A DNA stretch of 63,144 nt, filler included, from Octopus bimaculoides (GCF_001194135.2; 6 parts of 6 records of this genome joined end to end with filler, not necessarily neighbours in it); one strand, 5' to 3'. Numbered from the whole stretch's first letter, positions 27,216-40,836 are shown. The notes: generated by a model not told the origin, from the letters alone. Program-made: numbers and translations.

Positions 27216-27559
27216 GATGACTGGGGAATATATACATCATGGAAACCAGGAAAATTGCCCTTATGAGTCAACATGACTTGGACAGGAACTTTACCACTTT
27301 ACTTACAGGATAAATAATTTTATTAACCTTTAGTACTTTGCATTTTCTCTAGAATTGTTTCCCCTGCCACTGTCCTGTTACTACAGGAGAGAAAACTCAC
27401 ATCATGACATGATGCACCTACAGTGTGTTAAAGGTTAAAATTGTCAATGAACTTGATGTTTGAAAGAAGAGGATTGGTTGGAGAGAGTCATGACTGCTGT
27501 AGTCACAGTAACATAAAATCTAAAGCTGCCTTGGAAATTTTGGTTGTCAAAAGGAAAAA

Positions 27560-29690
27560 GTAGTTCCACCTGAAGATTTTTTTTAGAAGAAATAAAATAA
27601 CAAAAATGGCAACATTGGTTCTGGTGATACCAGTAAGGCTATAGTGCTACATGGCAGGGAGTTTGAAAACATTGTTGCTATTAACAACAACAAACCAAAC
27701 AATAACATCAACAGCAGAAAGAACATCAACAACAGAAGCAAGAAGAACAATAATGCAGTAGAGGATGGAAATGATAAAGACATTAACACTGACATGATCA
27801 ATAACGAAAAAAGTTGTGAGTGTTAGAGGAAAGATGAATGAAACAGTAATATCAGTATCAATAGCAACAAGAATAAAGAGACCACCACCAGCAAGAACAG
27901 TAACTTTGGGAAACATAGGTCATTTGCAAGAGCCACTAGTACCTGGTCTGAAGACTCCAGTTCAAAAATTAAAGTATAAGGTAAGTGAAGTCACACTTTA
28001 TAAAGTGTCCTGGGCTGATAGTGCTTCCTGAAGATAATTCAGCTTGTTTGATGTAAAATTCATCAACATCATCATCACCATCATCATCATCATCATCATC
28101 ATCATCATTTAATGTCTGTTTGACTGAAGTTTGCAAGGCCTGGAGCCACACCAGGTTCCCCTGTCTGTTTTGGCATGGTTTCTACAGCTGTATGTCCTTC
28201 TTAACACCAGCCATTTTACAGAGCGTACTGGGTGCTTTTTATGTGGCACCAGCACCAGTGCTTTTTACATGGCACAATCACCACTGCTTTTTATATGACA
28301 CCAGTATCAGTGCTTCTGACATGGCACCAGCACTGACAGGATCAGCAAGTACCTTGCAAAAACAAAAACCACTCAACTGGAATGGGGAGTAGTACTAAGG
28401 GAGTGTGACTTTGTGCCAGTTGAGAGATTTAAGGGACAGATATAGATGTCTCTATGTTGAGTAGATACATGAATAAACAAAAAGACAAGAAGTGCTTCTT
28501 ACACAGCAAAAAAGTGTCCGAATAATGTATGGGTTGCTATTTAGTACTTCAGAAAAGGAAACAAAATAAGTCAGTGAAAGCCTTATTCCAAAGTGAGTGA
28601 GAGACAAAAAAGTTTGTCTTTGAGGAATTTAATCTTATTCCTGTCTGAAATAGTTGTGGCTTTACTCCACTAAAGTGATGATTCATAATGTGTCACTATA
28701 TTTAGATAAGTGGATTTTGATGGCAATGACAGAATAATATGGTAAGGCAGCATATCATTTGTCTTCCTCCTTTGAGATATGCCTGAAAACTTGGCAGGAG
28801 ATTCATGTGCTAAACCCACCTGAAAATATTTATATTTCCAGTCTAGTTACAAAATATGGTGGTAGTAGAAAAGAGCAGGAAATCAAATTACTTCAATTAT
28901 GGTGGTAGTATTAACCATCTCTGGCCTTTTATTAAAAAGCAAAGTAATAACTACAAAATAAAATTCTACTGCTGCCAACATCAATAACAAATACAACAGT
29001 GCAACAAGAAAGTCGATGACAACTCATGCTGCTGCTTTTGTCTTCCACAAAAACTTCACCTACAAGTGATGAAGTTGAGCCATAAAATTCACAATTGATC
29101 AGATCTAAAAGGAGAAAGATGCTCAAAGCTTGGAAGATTGGCAGATCTAAAATAACAGGAGAGAGGATTTTGAGAGTAAAGGATCTGTGAAATGATGATG
29201 AGAAACAATAATAACACAATCAAGCACAGAAAGAACTATAAAGCAATACTAAGAGTGACAACAGAAGCAACAAATACTCCTCAAGTGTTCTATGCAAAAA
29301 GGCAACAATTTCTGTGCGAAGGCAACAAGAATTTGGCAAAATTACAAACATTACAAAAAAAACTGAAGCAAATAAGGAGAGAACAGAATTAGTCCTCTTA
29401 AAAAAAGTAAAGGACATACTCCTGATGAAGACTAACATCAGGGAGAAATCCTCAATGAAAGTGAACTCCTCAGTAGATGTGGGGCAATTTATAAAGATGC
29501 CTGCACCCACAATGCTGAGTGGAGTCTTTTGGGAAATCCAGAATACACAATGCACCCCAACACCATCCATAAGATAAATGGTTTTTCCCCCATCTTCAAT
29601 TAGACCCATATTGAAAGTAGGCTGCTTGAATGCATGTGGACTAAATGGGTGGGACCTGGAAGTTGTTATTCATGACTTGAGAAGTACATA
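27560..29690 (+). mobile_element. Highly degraded L1/Tx1-like LINE ORF1 and start of ORF2, interrupted by an RTE tail at about 28075-28400
   Basis: Low-complexity N/K-rich frames, a broken knuckle-like KCFL...KKCP near 28490-28520, and LKVGCLNACGLNG at about 29610-29650 resembling the APE endonuclease N-terminus (LKIGSLNVRGL). Confidence 0.4.
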
Positions 29691-29929
29691 AGATACAAAG
29701 TCAAAATCCAGCACTCTCATATTCTACTTTTATGTTAACTTCATGTAGAGTGTAAAACGAGATGTTCAATATGTAAATTATCATATTCATATGACATTGC
29801 TTAATAGAGATCAATGACAGTTACAAATTTAATTGTACTGAGATGAATGTTAAGTTAGTGAAGCTTCTCTTCTGCATTATTCATTCTTCTAGTTTTGTTT
29901 TTCATGATTATGCATTTGTGATATCTGTT

Positions 29930-30590
29930 TTAGCTTGAGAAAGGGAAACATTTCTGAAGGACAACCAAATGCAAACAACTGACCAATTGTGTAGGTGAAG
30001 CAAGGTCCTAGCCAAACTTTGAATGTAGAATAATGTAGTGGAAGGTTTATAAAATGCAAAATAATTGTTCTGAAAGAAATGAAGAAAAAGAATAGCAAGG
30101 ACCAGTATTATGGATTTAGTTACAGAGCCAATAAACTGGTTTATTTAATCAAGAAAGAAACTTACTGTGATGGATTTGCTAATGTTCTGTGTTGTAAGGA
30201 TGAGAAGCAAGAAATATTCTGAATTGGAAGGAAGTGACAAAGGGGGTGGGGATGAGAAAATATGGCTGGAATGTCAATAGCTGACTTTCAATGTTAATGA
30301 AATGATAAAGACACGGAAGTGTTATTATGGGAGATTAACAAATAGAACCAGGTATTGAATAGCTATTTAGATTAGTAAGAAATAGTTAGTGAGACAATTA
30401 AAAAAGTTAGAGATTGGAAGCTATATAGGTATTATGCTAATTGCTCACTAAATTAATTATACAGTACAGGAAGGTTTATACCCAACAGATGTGTCACCCT
30501 CAACTGCTACATGGGCAAAGTAAATATGCTGTAAAGGAGGAATTACAAAGATCTCAAATTAATGGACCAAGTCTTGAAAATAGTTGAATC
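29930..30590 (+). mobile_element. RTE LINE ORF2 internal fragment
   Basis: GFANVLCCKDEKQEIF, CYYGRLTN, and CYMGKVNML-RRNYKDLKLMDQVLKIVE (compare YKGKGD...NYRGLKLLDQVMKV.E). Confidence 0.65.
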
Positions 30591-31444
30591 CTTTGAGTTT
30601 ATACTAGAACCACAGAAAACATTTTCAATGAGATAACTGCAATAGTTGACTAACAGTAAACATCACTAAGTTGCTCTTTTCAACCTAGAGGTGTTCTTTG
30701 TAAGGTCATATGTTTTGTGATGTGAGTATTACTGAAAAATCAAGGTGAGATGAATAGCAACTAAGATTCGTGCAAACCACTACTAGTGGACAAATGAAAA
30801 AATTTAGAATTGGCGTCAAGTCCATTGAGAAACAAATAAGTGCTTACTGTTCTAATTACTCTTATCATTATAGTTCATGAATAATGCAAAAATTTAAATT
30901 TGGGTGTTGTTGAAAACTTTCATATGTAGTAGAATCTCTGGTAGATTGGACAGAGAAACAGAAATCAAGAATTTAGATGTGACAAATATAAAGGGATACT
31001 TAGCAATACAATAGCAGCATTAAAAAATGTATCAGTTTTTGTTACCTGGGACACTTAATCAGGTAATGAATTGTGAGAGCTATTAGAGCATCAAATAGAT
31101 TGCCTCACAGCATTTGTTCTAACTTTCTGTGTTCTGAGTTCAGATTCATAGAGATCAATTTTGCCTTTCATTCTTTTGAGGCTGATAAAATAGTACCAAT
31201 CCAGAGCATTAGATTGGTGGAAATATAAGAGCATCAGATCAGATGACATGTAATATTTTTTCCAGCTCTTTGTATCCTGAGTTCAAATTCCACCATAACC
31301 TACCTTGCTGGTAAACCTAATTTGTTAGCCAATTTAACACCACCACCTGACACCTCAAATACTTTTAATAGAGTAACAGTGACCACTCCATTTGGGTATT
31401 CAGGCTAGGTCTCCAGTTTAAGGATACCTTCCTGCCATCCTTCC

Positions 31445-31798
31445 ATCTTGGAAACTCAGTAAAGGCTTGCCTTCCTGGCACGGGAAAAGACATTCAAGCG
31501 AGTTCGTTGCCAGTACTGCTGGACTGGCTCCTGTGCAGGTGGCATGTAAAACACACCATTTCAAGCGTGGCCATTGCCAGTACCTCCTGACTGGCCTTCA
31601 TGCCGGTGGCACGTAAAAACACCCACTACACTCTCGGAGTGGTTGGCGTTAGGAAGGGCATCCAGCTGTAGAAACTCTGCCAAATCAGATTGGAGCCTGG
31701 TGTAGCCATCTGGTTCACCAGTCCTCAGTCAAATCGTCCAACCCATGCTAGCATGGGAAGCGGACGTTAAACGACGATGATGACGATGATGATGATAG
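31445..31798 (+). mobile_element. RTE LINE 3' UTR copy with (GAT/GAC)n tail
   Basis: Nearly identical to 22900-23250. Confidence 0.85.
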
Positions 31799-33359
31799 TA
31801 AGTTTGTATCAATAAGAAAGAGAGGGAAAAGTTCATCAGATAGTAATCTTGGCTGACACAAACTGTTTTTCTGTCCATGGCAATGGTTGATTGCATGAGA
31901 TAAATGAAAGCAGTATGATAACACATGGCACTGAGGCACAGGCCTTAAATATGGAAAAAAAGAAATCAGATTTGTATAAGCATGCAATTAGAACAAAAGT
32001 AAGTGAAAGAGCAATTAAGTAATTAAAACTTCAGTTGATGCATACAGCAAAGATAACTCTGTTGGTTAGGTCATGTAACAAGTCTGCATAACACCTGCAG
32101 AGTGAAAAAGTAGCATATACTGGTTATAGAAGAGAAAGATCATTGAATGTATTGGGAATGAGTGATGAGGTGAAATCTCAAGATATTGGGTCTCACAGAT
32201 GGAAGAATTGAAATTGAAGGTGAGTTGAAGCATTTTGTACTGCTAACTCATCTAATTCATATAATCATTGTAAAATGGAAGAGGAGGAGGAAGAGGAGGA
32301 GGAAGAGGAGGAGGAAGAGGAGGAGTGAATGATGATGATCTTTCATATACTAGAATTCTAAAAGCAATTCAGGCACCACATAGCAATGCATTGCTATATG
32401 TGAATTATGTGAAAACATGTCCTATGTGTATCTCAGTTTTCAGAATAGGAACACTGTAGGTACACTCTGTCCTTGGCATACTGTAAGAGGCAGCTAAAAA
32501 AAGTTGTCATCAGGAAGGGTATCTGGCCATAAGACACTGCTTTGAAATGTCCCATCTAATCCTTGCCAATATGGGAAAGCTGACATAAAAACAATGATGC
32601 TAATGATGAATAATGCACTGTATCATGTTGTATGTCCTGATCCAAGAAGGATCTTAAGTGAGAACAACTTCAAGCACAACTCATGAGTGTAATTGTAATT
32701 ATCATAAGGAAACAGCTTATTGAAAGGTAGCTCATATTTTACATATATAAATGAAAATAAAGTATCTATTTTGGAAGTGATTGAGAGATGATTCTAATCA
32801 GTTTCTGAGAAAAGCGAACAGGATTTAAATGAAATACTGACTTCATTTTTTAAAATATTGTCTTTATGTTTGTTAACAAAATATGAACTTGAAGAAAATC
32901 CTAGCAGACTTACAAAATCTGGATCTAAACAACAGTAATTTGCTAAAGGACATTACATCCCCAGGAAGAAATCATTATCTTTCAAAGAACTTGCACAGAG
33001 GCATAACCATGCACACATACATACTCTTTCACATGTACTCACATTAACACACATATACTTAAATATACACTTACACATAGAAACAGCAATATAAATAAAT
33101 TATAATAATTGTGGTAAGGATAAACCTCCTACAAACAATCAGTGCAGTTACCCTTGCATTCAATAAGTGAAAATATACTTTTAAAAAATCTTGGACATCA
33201 ACATAATTAACAAAAAATTTGGTTAACAAAAAATATTGTAAATTGAACCAACAAGGGTGACTTAGTAGAAATAACAACCAAATTTCCCTTAAACTACATC
33301 CTATCATCTTGATAAAATTATATATAAAACTACATTTATGTAATGATATGTTCATGACT

Positions 33360-33535
33360 CAGGTGCAGTCATGGCTGTGTGGTTAGAAAGCTCAGTTTAC
33401 AATCATGTGGTTTTGGGTTCAGTCCCACTGCACAGCACCATGAGCAAGTAAGTACCTTATACTATAGCCCCTTCTGGCCAATGCCTTGCGAATGAATTTG
33501 GTAGATGGAAACTGCATGGAAGCCTACTGTATATC
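33360..33535 (+). mobile_element. tRNA-derived SINE family B
   Basis: A-box-like tggctgtgtggttag, B-box-like gggttcagtccc, body ending gtagatggaaactgcatggaagcc. Confidence 0.75.
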
Positions 33536-33555
33536 ATCATCATCATTATCATCAT

Positions 33556-33945
33556 GAAGGCGCAATGGCCCAGTGGTTAGAGCAGCAGACTCGTGGTCAT
33601 AGGATCGCAGTTTCGATTCTCAGACCAGGAATTGTGAGTGTTTATTGAGTGAAAACACCTAAAAGCTCCACGAGGCTCCGGCAGGGGATGGTGGCGAAAC
33701 CTGCTGTACCCGTCCACCATAACTTTCTCTCATTCTTACTTCCTGTTTCTGTTGTGCCTGTAATTCGAAGGATCAGCCTTGTCACACTGTGTCACGCTGA
33801 ATATCCCTGAGAATGACATTAAGGGTACATGTGTCTGTGGAGTGCTCAGCCACTTGCACGTTAATTTCACGAGCAGGCTGTTCCGTTGATCGGATCAACT
33901 GGAACCCTTGACGTCGTAAGCGACGGAGTGCCAACAACAACAACA
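33556..33945 (+). mobile_element. tRNA-derived SINE family C, tail type 1, (CAA)n end
   Basis: ggcgcaatggcccagtggttag (A box), gtttcgattctc (B box); head shared with 46786-46977. Confidence 0.85.
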
Positions 33946-34485
33946 TTATCATCATCGTCATTTAATGATCATTTTCCATTCTGGCATGGGTTGTGCAGTT
34001 TGACAGGGTCCAGTGAACCATAGGACAGTATCAAGCTCCAATATCTTTGCATGTGTGTGTCATTGTGCTTGTGTTTGTTTCCCCCTCCAATTGACAACCA
34101 GTTTTAATTTGTTTAAATCTCTGTAACTTCACAATTCAAAAAGTGTCCCACATTGGTTGCAGTCCTATGATTGAAATAAGTAAAAGATAGAAGACAAAAG
34201 ATCGTAGATACATCTGCTAGACCTGGTTTAATTTGAGATTAAGCAACAACAATATTACATACTAAGTTTTGCTGTCCACTTTTGAATATTATAATATAAA
34301 GACCTAAAGAGTTTATTCTTTCTCTTTCTCTCAAATCAGAACGTAACGGCAGGCCAGCTCACCACCTTTGTTTGAAGATATATTGCAAAGCATTCTGTCC
34401 ATCACTAATCATTTTACCAATTCCCACCTTCAGCAATTATAATAATAGCCAGACATACATATCGCAAAATCAATTTTAAATCATA

Positions 34486-34760
34486 TGTTATAACTGTTGG
34501 AGTGTAGGTATGTTACTGTTGGTGGAGTGTGGGTATATTATTACTGTTGGAGCATGGATTTATGTTATTACTGTTGAAGTGTGGATTTATGTTATTACTG
34601 TTAGAGTGTAAAATGCTCTAACAGGAATAACATAGATCCACACTCCAACAGTAATAACACACCTACACTTCAACAATTATAACATACCCTCAGTCCAACA
34701 TCCATAACATATTTACACTAGAACACTAATAGTACATACATTCCAATAGAAATAACACCC
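34486..34760. repeat. Mirror-image (foldback) minisatellite with 26-27-bp units
   Basis: About five units of tgttattactgttggagtgtggattta, a centre agagtgtaaaatgctct (34603-34619), then about five or six reverse-complement units. Confidence 0.85.
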
Positions 34761-35504
34761 TGTGCTGTATTAAGGCAGGGTACATTAGACGCAGTGAAGT
34801 ACATTAGGCACACAGGTCTAGAGGCTTGATTATGGTCTCGGTGCACAAATTTGTTCAAGAGCATATAATGCTGCTAATATGGTTCTCATACTCCAAATAC
34901 TCTTCAACGATTAATCATCACCAAACCCATACTACAAAATGAAATATAAGTAACATCCTGTCAGCTAATACCAGAAAGACGATAGAAAATATGAAAACTC
35001 AAACATCTGATGATTTAACAACAGATACTTAAAACACTTGAAAAAATTAATACACCCTACAGCTTCAACCACTCATATCTACACTCCAAAATCTTGAGAA
35101 TCCAGAAACTTGGCAGCATTAAACAATCTTAACTAAACAATCTAACAAAATTCCCACAGTCATTTATACCTTCACAATTCTCTTTTCATCTTACAATATG
35201 GATTCAAAATATTACAATCAGCCAGCACCACCACCACCACATCACAGTTTCAATAACAAGGCAAAAACAAGTCATTCACCATTCTAACTACTAAACATTT
35301 AAATCTATGCTTCACCAAATACTGCATCATCACCACCACCACCACCACCATCGTCGTCGTCGTCGTCCTCCTCCTCCTCCTCATCATCATCACTTTAACA
35401 TCTACATTTCTGTGCTTGTATGACAGTGATGCTTGTTGAGTACCACCATGTGATATTGAGACAAGAACACACACTTGCAATGCTTGCACATACATATGCA
35501 TGAG

Positions 35505-35665
35505 AGGTTACTTTCAAGTTCCCACCAACTAAATCCACTCACAAGGCTTTGGTTGGCCTGAGACTATAGTAGAAAACACATATCCAAGATGCAGTGGGAC
35601 AGAACCTCTAACCACATGGTTGGTAAGCAAGCTTCTTAACCATACAATCATGCCTGTGCCTTATA
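35505..35665 (-). mobile_element. SINE family B copy
   Basis: ccaactaaatccactcacaaggctttggttggcctgagactatagtagaaaacac...gcagtgggacagaacc...accacatggttggtaagcaagc. Confidence 0.8.
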
Positions 35666-36129
35666 AAATACTTATAAACAGCTCCTTAAAAACATGAAAT
35701 ACTAGTTGGTGAATTATGTCTGGTCGCCAAACCCTCATAGAGTATAATAACAATAACGCATTTGATATCAGTAACTTCCTGATTGATGGCTCTATCCTCT
35801 ATTTACTCTTCATAACTTTTACATAAATGACATTCCCATACAACTACAGTACATATGCACATCCTGGTATGCAAATCGCATCAAAATCAAATCCTACTAT
35901 CATTCTAATGACAGAGCCACATAGTTAATCCAGTGTAACAGCAACAAACAAGATTAGTCAACAAAGAAGATTCTACATGGTCATTTTACTTGCAGGAAAT
36001 AGCAACCAAAATCTCCCTCAAATCACAGCATACCAATGAAAGGATACATTAGATAATGTAATTCTATTTACCCCAGAAAAATGGATGGGATAGTCACAAA
36101 TGGAAAACCTTTTATCATTAATCTGTTTA

Positions 36130-36425
36130 AGGCAGCAAGCTGGCAGAACTGTTAGCATGCCAGGCAAAATGCTAATCCGCATTTCATCCATCTTTATGTT
36201 CTGAACTCAAATTCCGCTGTGGTCGACTTTGTTTCCTTTTAGGGTTGTCATCATCATCATCATCATTTAACATCTGTTGACCATGTTGGACAGTTTGACT
36301 AGGGCTGGTAAGCTAGAAGGCTGCACCAGACTCCAGTCTGATTTGGCATGGTTTTCTACAGCTGGATGCTTTCCTAATGCCAATCACTCCGAGAGTGTGA
36401 TGGGTGCTTTTACATGCTACCGGTA
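36130..36425. mobile_element. SINE family A (+) abutting an RTE tail (-) at a (CAT)n tract
   Basis: ggcagcaagctggcagaactgttagc...ctcaaattccgctgtggtcgactttg, then catcatcat...gttggacagtttgactagggctgg. Confidence 0.75.
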
Positions 36426-36954
36426 TCTGCCACAACTAAAATATACACCAGTAAAGTACTGGAGTCAATGTAATAGATTTCCTCCTTCCCTCAAAAACTG
36501 CTGGTCTCATGCCAAAATTTGAAACCATTATTAATCTGTTTGATCAGGATGAGACAGTAGAATTGTTAAAGCAATGCCTTGCAATGTTCAATATCACTGT
36601 CTGTGTTCTGAGTTGCTAAAGTCAACTTTGCTTTTCATCCTTTCAAAGCCATTTCGGTTCTGAGGTCAGTTCTCTTTCTCTCTAGAAGAGGATAGCTGTG
36701 TTCAAATTCACTCCTAGAGAGAGATAGGATAAACCAGTTTAAATTGCCCAAGAAACACCATGATGACATCCTTGCCACAACATTAGTAATTGAAAACCCA
36801 AGAAATGAAGAAATCAACAACAGCTTACTCTTAGAAACTTGAAGTGAAACAAATACATTAAAAATACCATCTATCAAATTTGTCATTTTTCACAATAAAT
36901 TGCTTTAAATTCTTTTGAATTTATCTTTACTGTATGTCTCTTTGTTAGTCTAAT

Positions 36955-38400
36955 CATTATCATCATCATTGTTTAATGTCCACCTTCCATGCTGGCATGG
37001 GTGGGATGATTTGACAGGAGCTGGCCAGGCAGAATCCAGCACCAGACTTCTGTGACTGTCTTGATAAGATTTTTACAGTTGGATGCCCTTCCTAACACCA
37101 ACCACTCAGTAGAGTGGACTTAGTGCTTTTTATGTGACACAAGCACAGTTGAGGTCAGTTTTGTCAAGGTTTTTATAGCTGGATGCCCTTCCAAATGCCA
37201 ACCACTTTACAGTGTGGACTGGGTGCTTTTTAAGTGGTACCTGCACTGATAGGGTCACCAAGGAACTTATAAGACAAAAATCTTTAGTGAGGGGAGGAGG
37301 CATTGGAGGAAGTGATCTTGTGTCAGATGATGAAAGGTTATAGTGAGTCAGAAACAGCTGTCTTGCTGTAGAGGAAGTACAAGGTTATCTGGCTGGAGAG
37401 ACAGGGAGAGAGAGACAGACAGACAGAGAATGAAGACAGAAACAGGTGTGCTGCCACAAAGGAGATACATGGCTGCCCAACCGGAGGGAAGTGCAGGAGA
37501 GAGAGAGAGAGTGGGAAACAGCAGGATAGGGGTGGTGGCAAAGTGCCACACATACTTACAAGGGATGGGGATCAGAATATAAATGGGATGGTTGAATAAA
37601 AGAAGAGAGAGACATAGATGGTGGTAAGTGCCAGGGCATACTCTTGAGGTTCGAACTCCATTATAAAAGTGGCAGGATATTGTGAAAGAAGCGAGATTAT
37701 AGAGTGCAGAGGGGTGGGGGAAGTGAGTGGTGAAAACCTGGGTATATATAGAGTCGGGGACTACCAGACAGCAACGATACAGAGAAATAGGGCCATGGGG
37801 ACAGGATTAGGGAGTGAGAGGTGGGTATAGTGTATGAAAGAAGGTACCATCCACTTTCAGTGATCAGCACTTTTCTATGCAGCTGTCCTCATTCATATGC
37901 ATCATATGTCCAAACTAACATAGTCATCTCTCTTGCATGCTATATTTGATTCCTCTTATGCCCAACTTTTCACTCAATACATTTGCACTTTGTTATACAT
38001 GTGCACTGATGTTGCACATCCAACAGAGCATACTACCTTCATTTCTCTCCTGTCTATGCATGTCTTCTACATGTAGAGCCCATGTCTCACTACCATGAAG
38101 TATAGCCATTCACACACAAGCATCATACAGTCTACCTTTCACTCTGAGAGAGGGTCCTTTTGTTGCCAACAGAAATAATAGCTCTCTGAACTTCCTCCAC
38201 CCTATTCATATTCTAGGTACAATACTTTCAGAGCATCCTCAACCATTGCTAATTTGGTCACCTAGGTAACAGAAACTATCTACAACCTCAAGAGAGACTC
38301 CTGAAAGTCCTGTGTGCTCTTACTGCTTATTGTTCCTGCACATCTGCCACATACAAAGACAACTTTATCTGTTAATCTACCTGTGATTCCACTGCACCTC
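36955..38400 (-). mobile_element. 5'-truncated RTE LINE (RT C-terminus, 3' UTR and (GAT)n tail)
   Basis: Minus strand reads EVVDSFCYLGDQISNG, WRKFRELLFLLATKGPSLRVKGRLYDACV...LHGSETWAL and FGHMMHMNEDSC, then the UTR repeat and tail at about 36960. This ties the dispersed tail repeats to this LINE. Confidence 0.8.
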
Positions 38401-39526
38401 TTACATGCCCATAGTTTACACAGGGTGCAGCGAACGGAATTTCTTCTAACTCCTTTCCTACATATTGAGTAGGGCCATTTACCTGATGGAAAGAGAGTTT
38501 AATCCTCTTTGTATTGCAAATATTACCAAAAAGCCAAATTATACATAGATACTCCCACATGTGTTTTACTGTCATCATACTTTGACATTGTATGATTGTT
38601 GTATACAAGTGTCATCATCACACAAGCAGTGTCCTTCATATCCAATCTTATGTGAAAATATTTGAGAAAATATTACCTTACTTGGAAACACGTGAAGGTT
38701 GATGATAGGAAGAGCATCTGCATCTTGCTACTGAAAAACTGCCACAACAAATTTTGCCCAACCCATGCAAGCATGGAAAAGAGGACATTAAAATGATGAA
38801 GGTGATGATATTTATGTGTGTGTGTGTGAGGGAAAAGTTTTCTTGTTCGGTGGAACACACAGATTGGGGGCTAGCAGATGGTAATAATAGAGTGTGACAA
38901 GGCATGTGGGTAGAACACACAGGTTGGGGGAAAGCAGGGAGCAATGATACAGTGGCACCAGGCCAAGAGGACAAGATTGGGGAGTGGAAGGTAATCATAG
39001 TACCTGAAGCAGAAATGTGAAGAAGAAAAGGGATGCAGAGACGTAGTTTAGTTCGTTGTGGTAGAGTGTGTGAGAGAAGTTTTCTTGTTAAGTGTGGATG
39101 GGACATATCATTTCCTTGTTGTTAGTCAATTGTTCAAATTTCTAACAAACTAATTAATCTATCATATGTATACATGTATACATACATGTGTGTGTGTGGG
39201 AGGTAAATATATATGTGTTTATATATATATATATATGTATATATGTTCCCTGTCAACTGTCGAATCTGCCTTACTGATCTCTCACCTTACGTCCTCCCCA
39301 ACTCACTTTGTATCCTTACACACATCCCATCCGTGATTTCCATCCCTTCACCAGTCATACCTTCTTTCATCTTATCTGTTATACTTGTCCTGTTCTGCTA
39401 CCAACCAGCACACTCTCTCCTGGGTTACTTCTATTGCCATCCAACACTTCTAGATGTACATGTCTAAGGTGCACTGTAATCTTTCTGTCTCTTAATGTTC
39501 CCATTGCATCCACTCACTACTCCCCC

Positions 39527-39570
<44 letters not shown>

Positions 39571-39899
39571 ACTGTCATCTCCGCACAGCCTCCCTGTCTA
39601 TAATTCTTTTTTTGCTGTCACACTCTGCTCTTCCGCTTACTTCAACCTCTATCATGCACTCCAGCCTCACATTTCCTTCATGCACCCACTTACTACACAT
39701 CCACTGCTCCATCACTCACTCCCTCATTTTCTCTCACTGCTTCTCTACCTTTTCAAACCCCCTTTCATTCTTCCTCTGCTCCTTTGGTCTACCCATCAAA
39801 TCTCCACATTTTTCTTGCCTTCAATTACTCTCTCACCATCCAAGTCTATTATTCCATCTCTGTCTCCTTTCCCTACACATCTTTATAATATAGGATAGC

Positions 39900-40168
39900 C
39901 AGGGCTGGTTTTAAACCAATTAGACAGATTTGTTCAAACTGAGCCCCACACTAAGAGTGGACCCTGTGCACATGCTCAGGCAGAGGATGGTATGATGAAT
40001 TTTAAGTATATCATCGTGTCTAATGACAGAGCCTCAAGCCCTCAACACTTTTTGGCCAGGACTGGCACACTACACAAAGCATAAAACACCAATCTTCAGC
40101 TTCTGTAAAGTTGAGGTCCCCACTGACAATTCTCTAATTGGATCCTGCAATTCCTAGTGCCAGCCCTG
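39900..40168. mobile_element. hAT-type MITE (269 bp) with 8-bp TSD AGGATAGC
   Basis: Termini CAGGGCTGG/CCAGCCCTG, subterminal ccaattag/ctaattgg, and a perfect direct repeat aggatagc at 39892-39899 and 40169-40176. Confidence 0.85.
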
Positions 40169-40180
40169 AGGATAGCCCTA

Positions 40181-40836
40181 GGATCTATTTTAAAACGGGG
40201 GCGCCAGTTTTCATTTATGTTTTATGTAATGTTTTTGGTACGGAAAGACTTTCAAACTTCGTATACTTATCTATTTTGTGTTATAGAACAGAAAAATATT
40301 TTTGTATTCGAATTTATTTCATGTAAAAAATTGTCTTATTTCGATAATTTCTACTAATCACTGACGTCTATTCAGTTGAAAACAGTTAGCGGTGTAACGG
40401 TGTATATCGTATTAATCCCCTAACCCTAACACTAACCCTAACTAGACTATTAACCGTAACCGTAACCCTAACCCTAACTCAAGAATCCGAACTCTAAAAT
40501 TGTTACACACATAGATACGCACAGCGTAATTTATTATATAAACAATATATGCGTATAAATTACGATTAAACCGGATGAAATATGTCACAGGGAATAACAT
40601 TTTTATGACCGCCCAGCAGTAACTCTTATTCAGCTGAATAGACGTCAGTGATTGGTTGAAATTACAGAAATACAACAACTTTAACATGGAATAACTTACG
40701 AATTCCTTTTTTTTGTTAAGAAGATTAAGAGTAAAAGATGTTTTATATGACACATTCTACCAGTGTCCCAAGTTTCAAAGTGTTTCGTTAGTGTTTCGTT
40801 AAGAAAATGCTGGCGCCCCCGTTTTAAAATAGATCC
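40181..40836. mobile_element. Non-autonomous DNA transposon (GGATCT termini, 8-bp TSD TAGCCCTA; Merlin-like) with internal (TAACCC)n
   Basis: Perfect TIR ggatctattttaaaacgggggcgccag / ctggcgcccccgttttaaaatagatcc; TSD at 40173-40180 and 40837-40844; internal IR around aatcactgacgtctattcag. Confidence 0.85.

Noticed and set aside
27816-28031. ORF ending at a perfect AAG|gtaagt donor (27980)
   Set aside because: Lies within the degraded LINE ORF1-like region; no independent evidence for a host exon.
38840-39890. Possible Penelope fragments in CT-rich sequence
   Set aside because: Only vague similarity; no clear GIY-YIG or RT motif.
40418-40480. Interstitial telomere or chromosome-fusion site (also 55305-55480)
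   Set aside because: The repeats are degenerate and enclosed by TIRs and TSDs of a MITE family.
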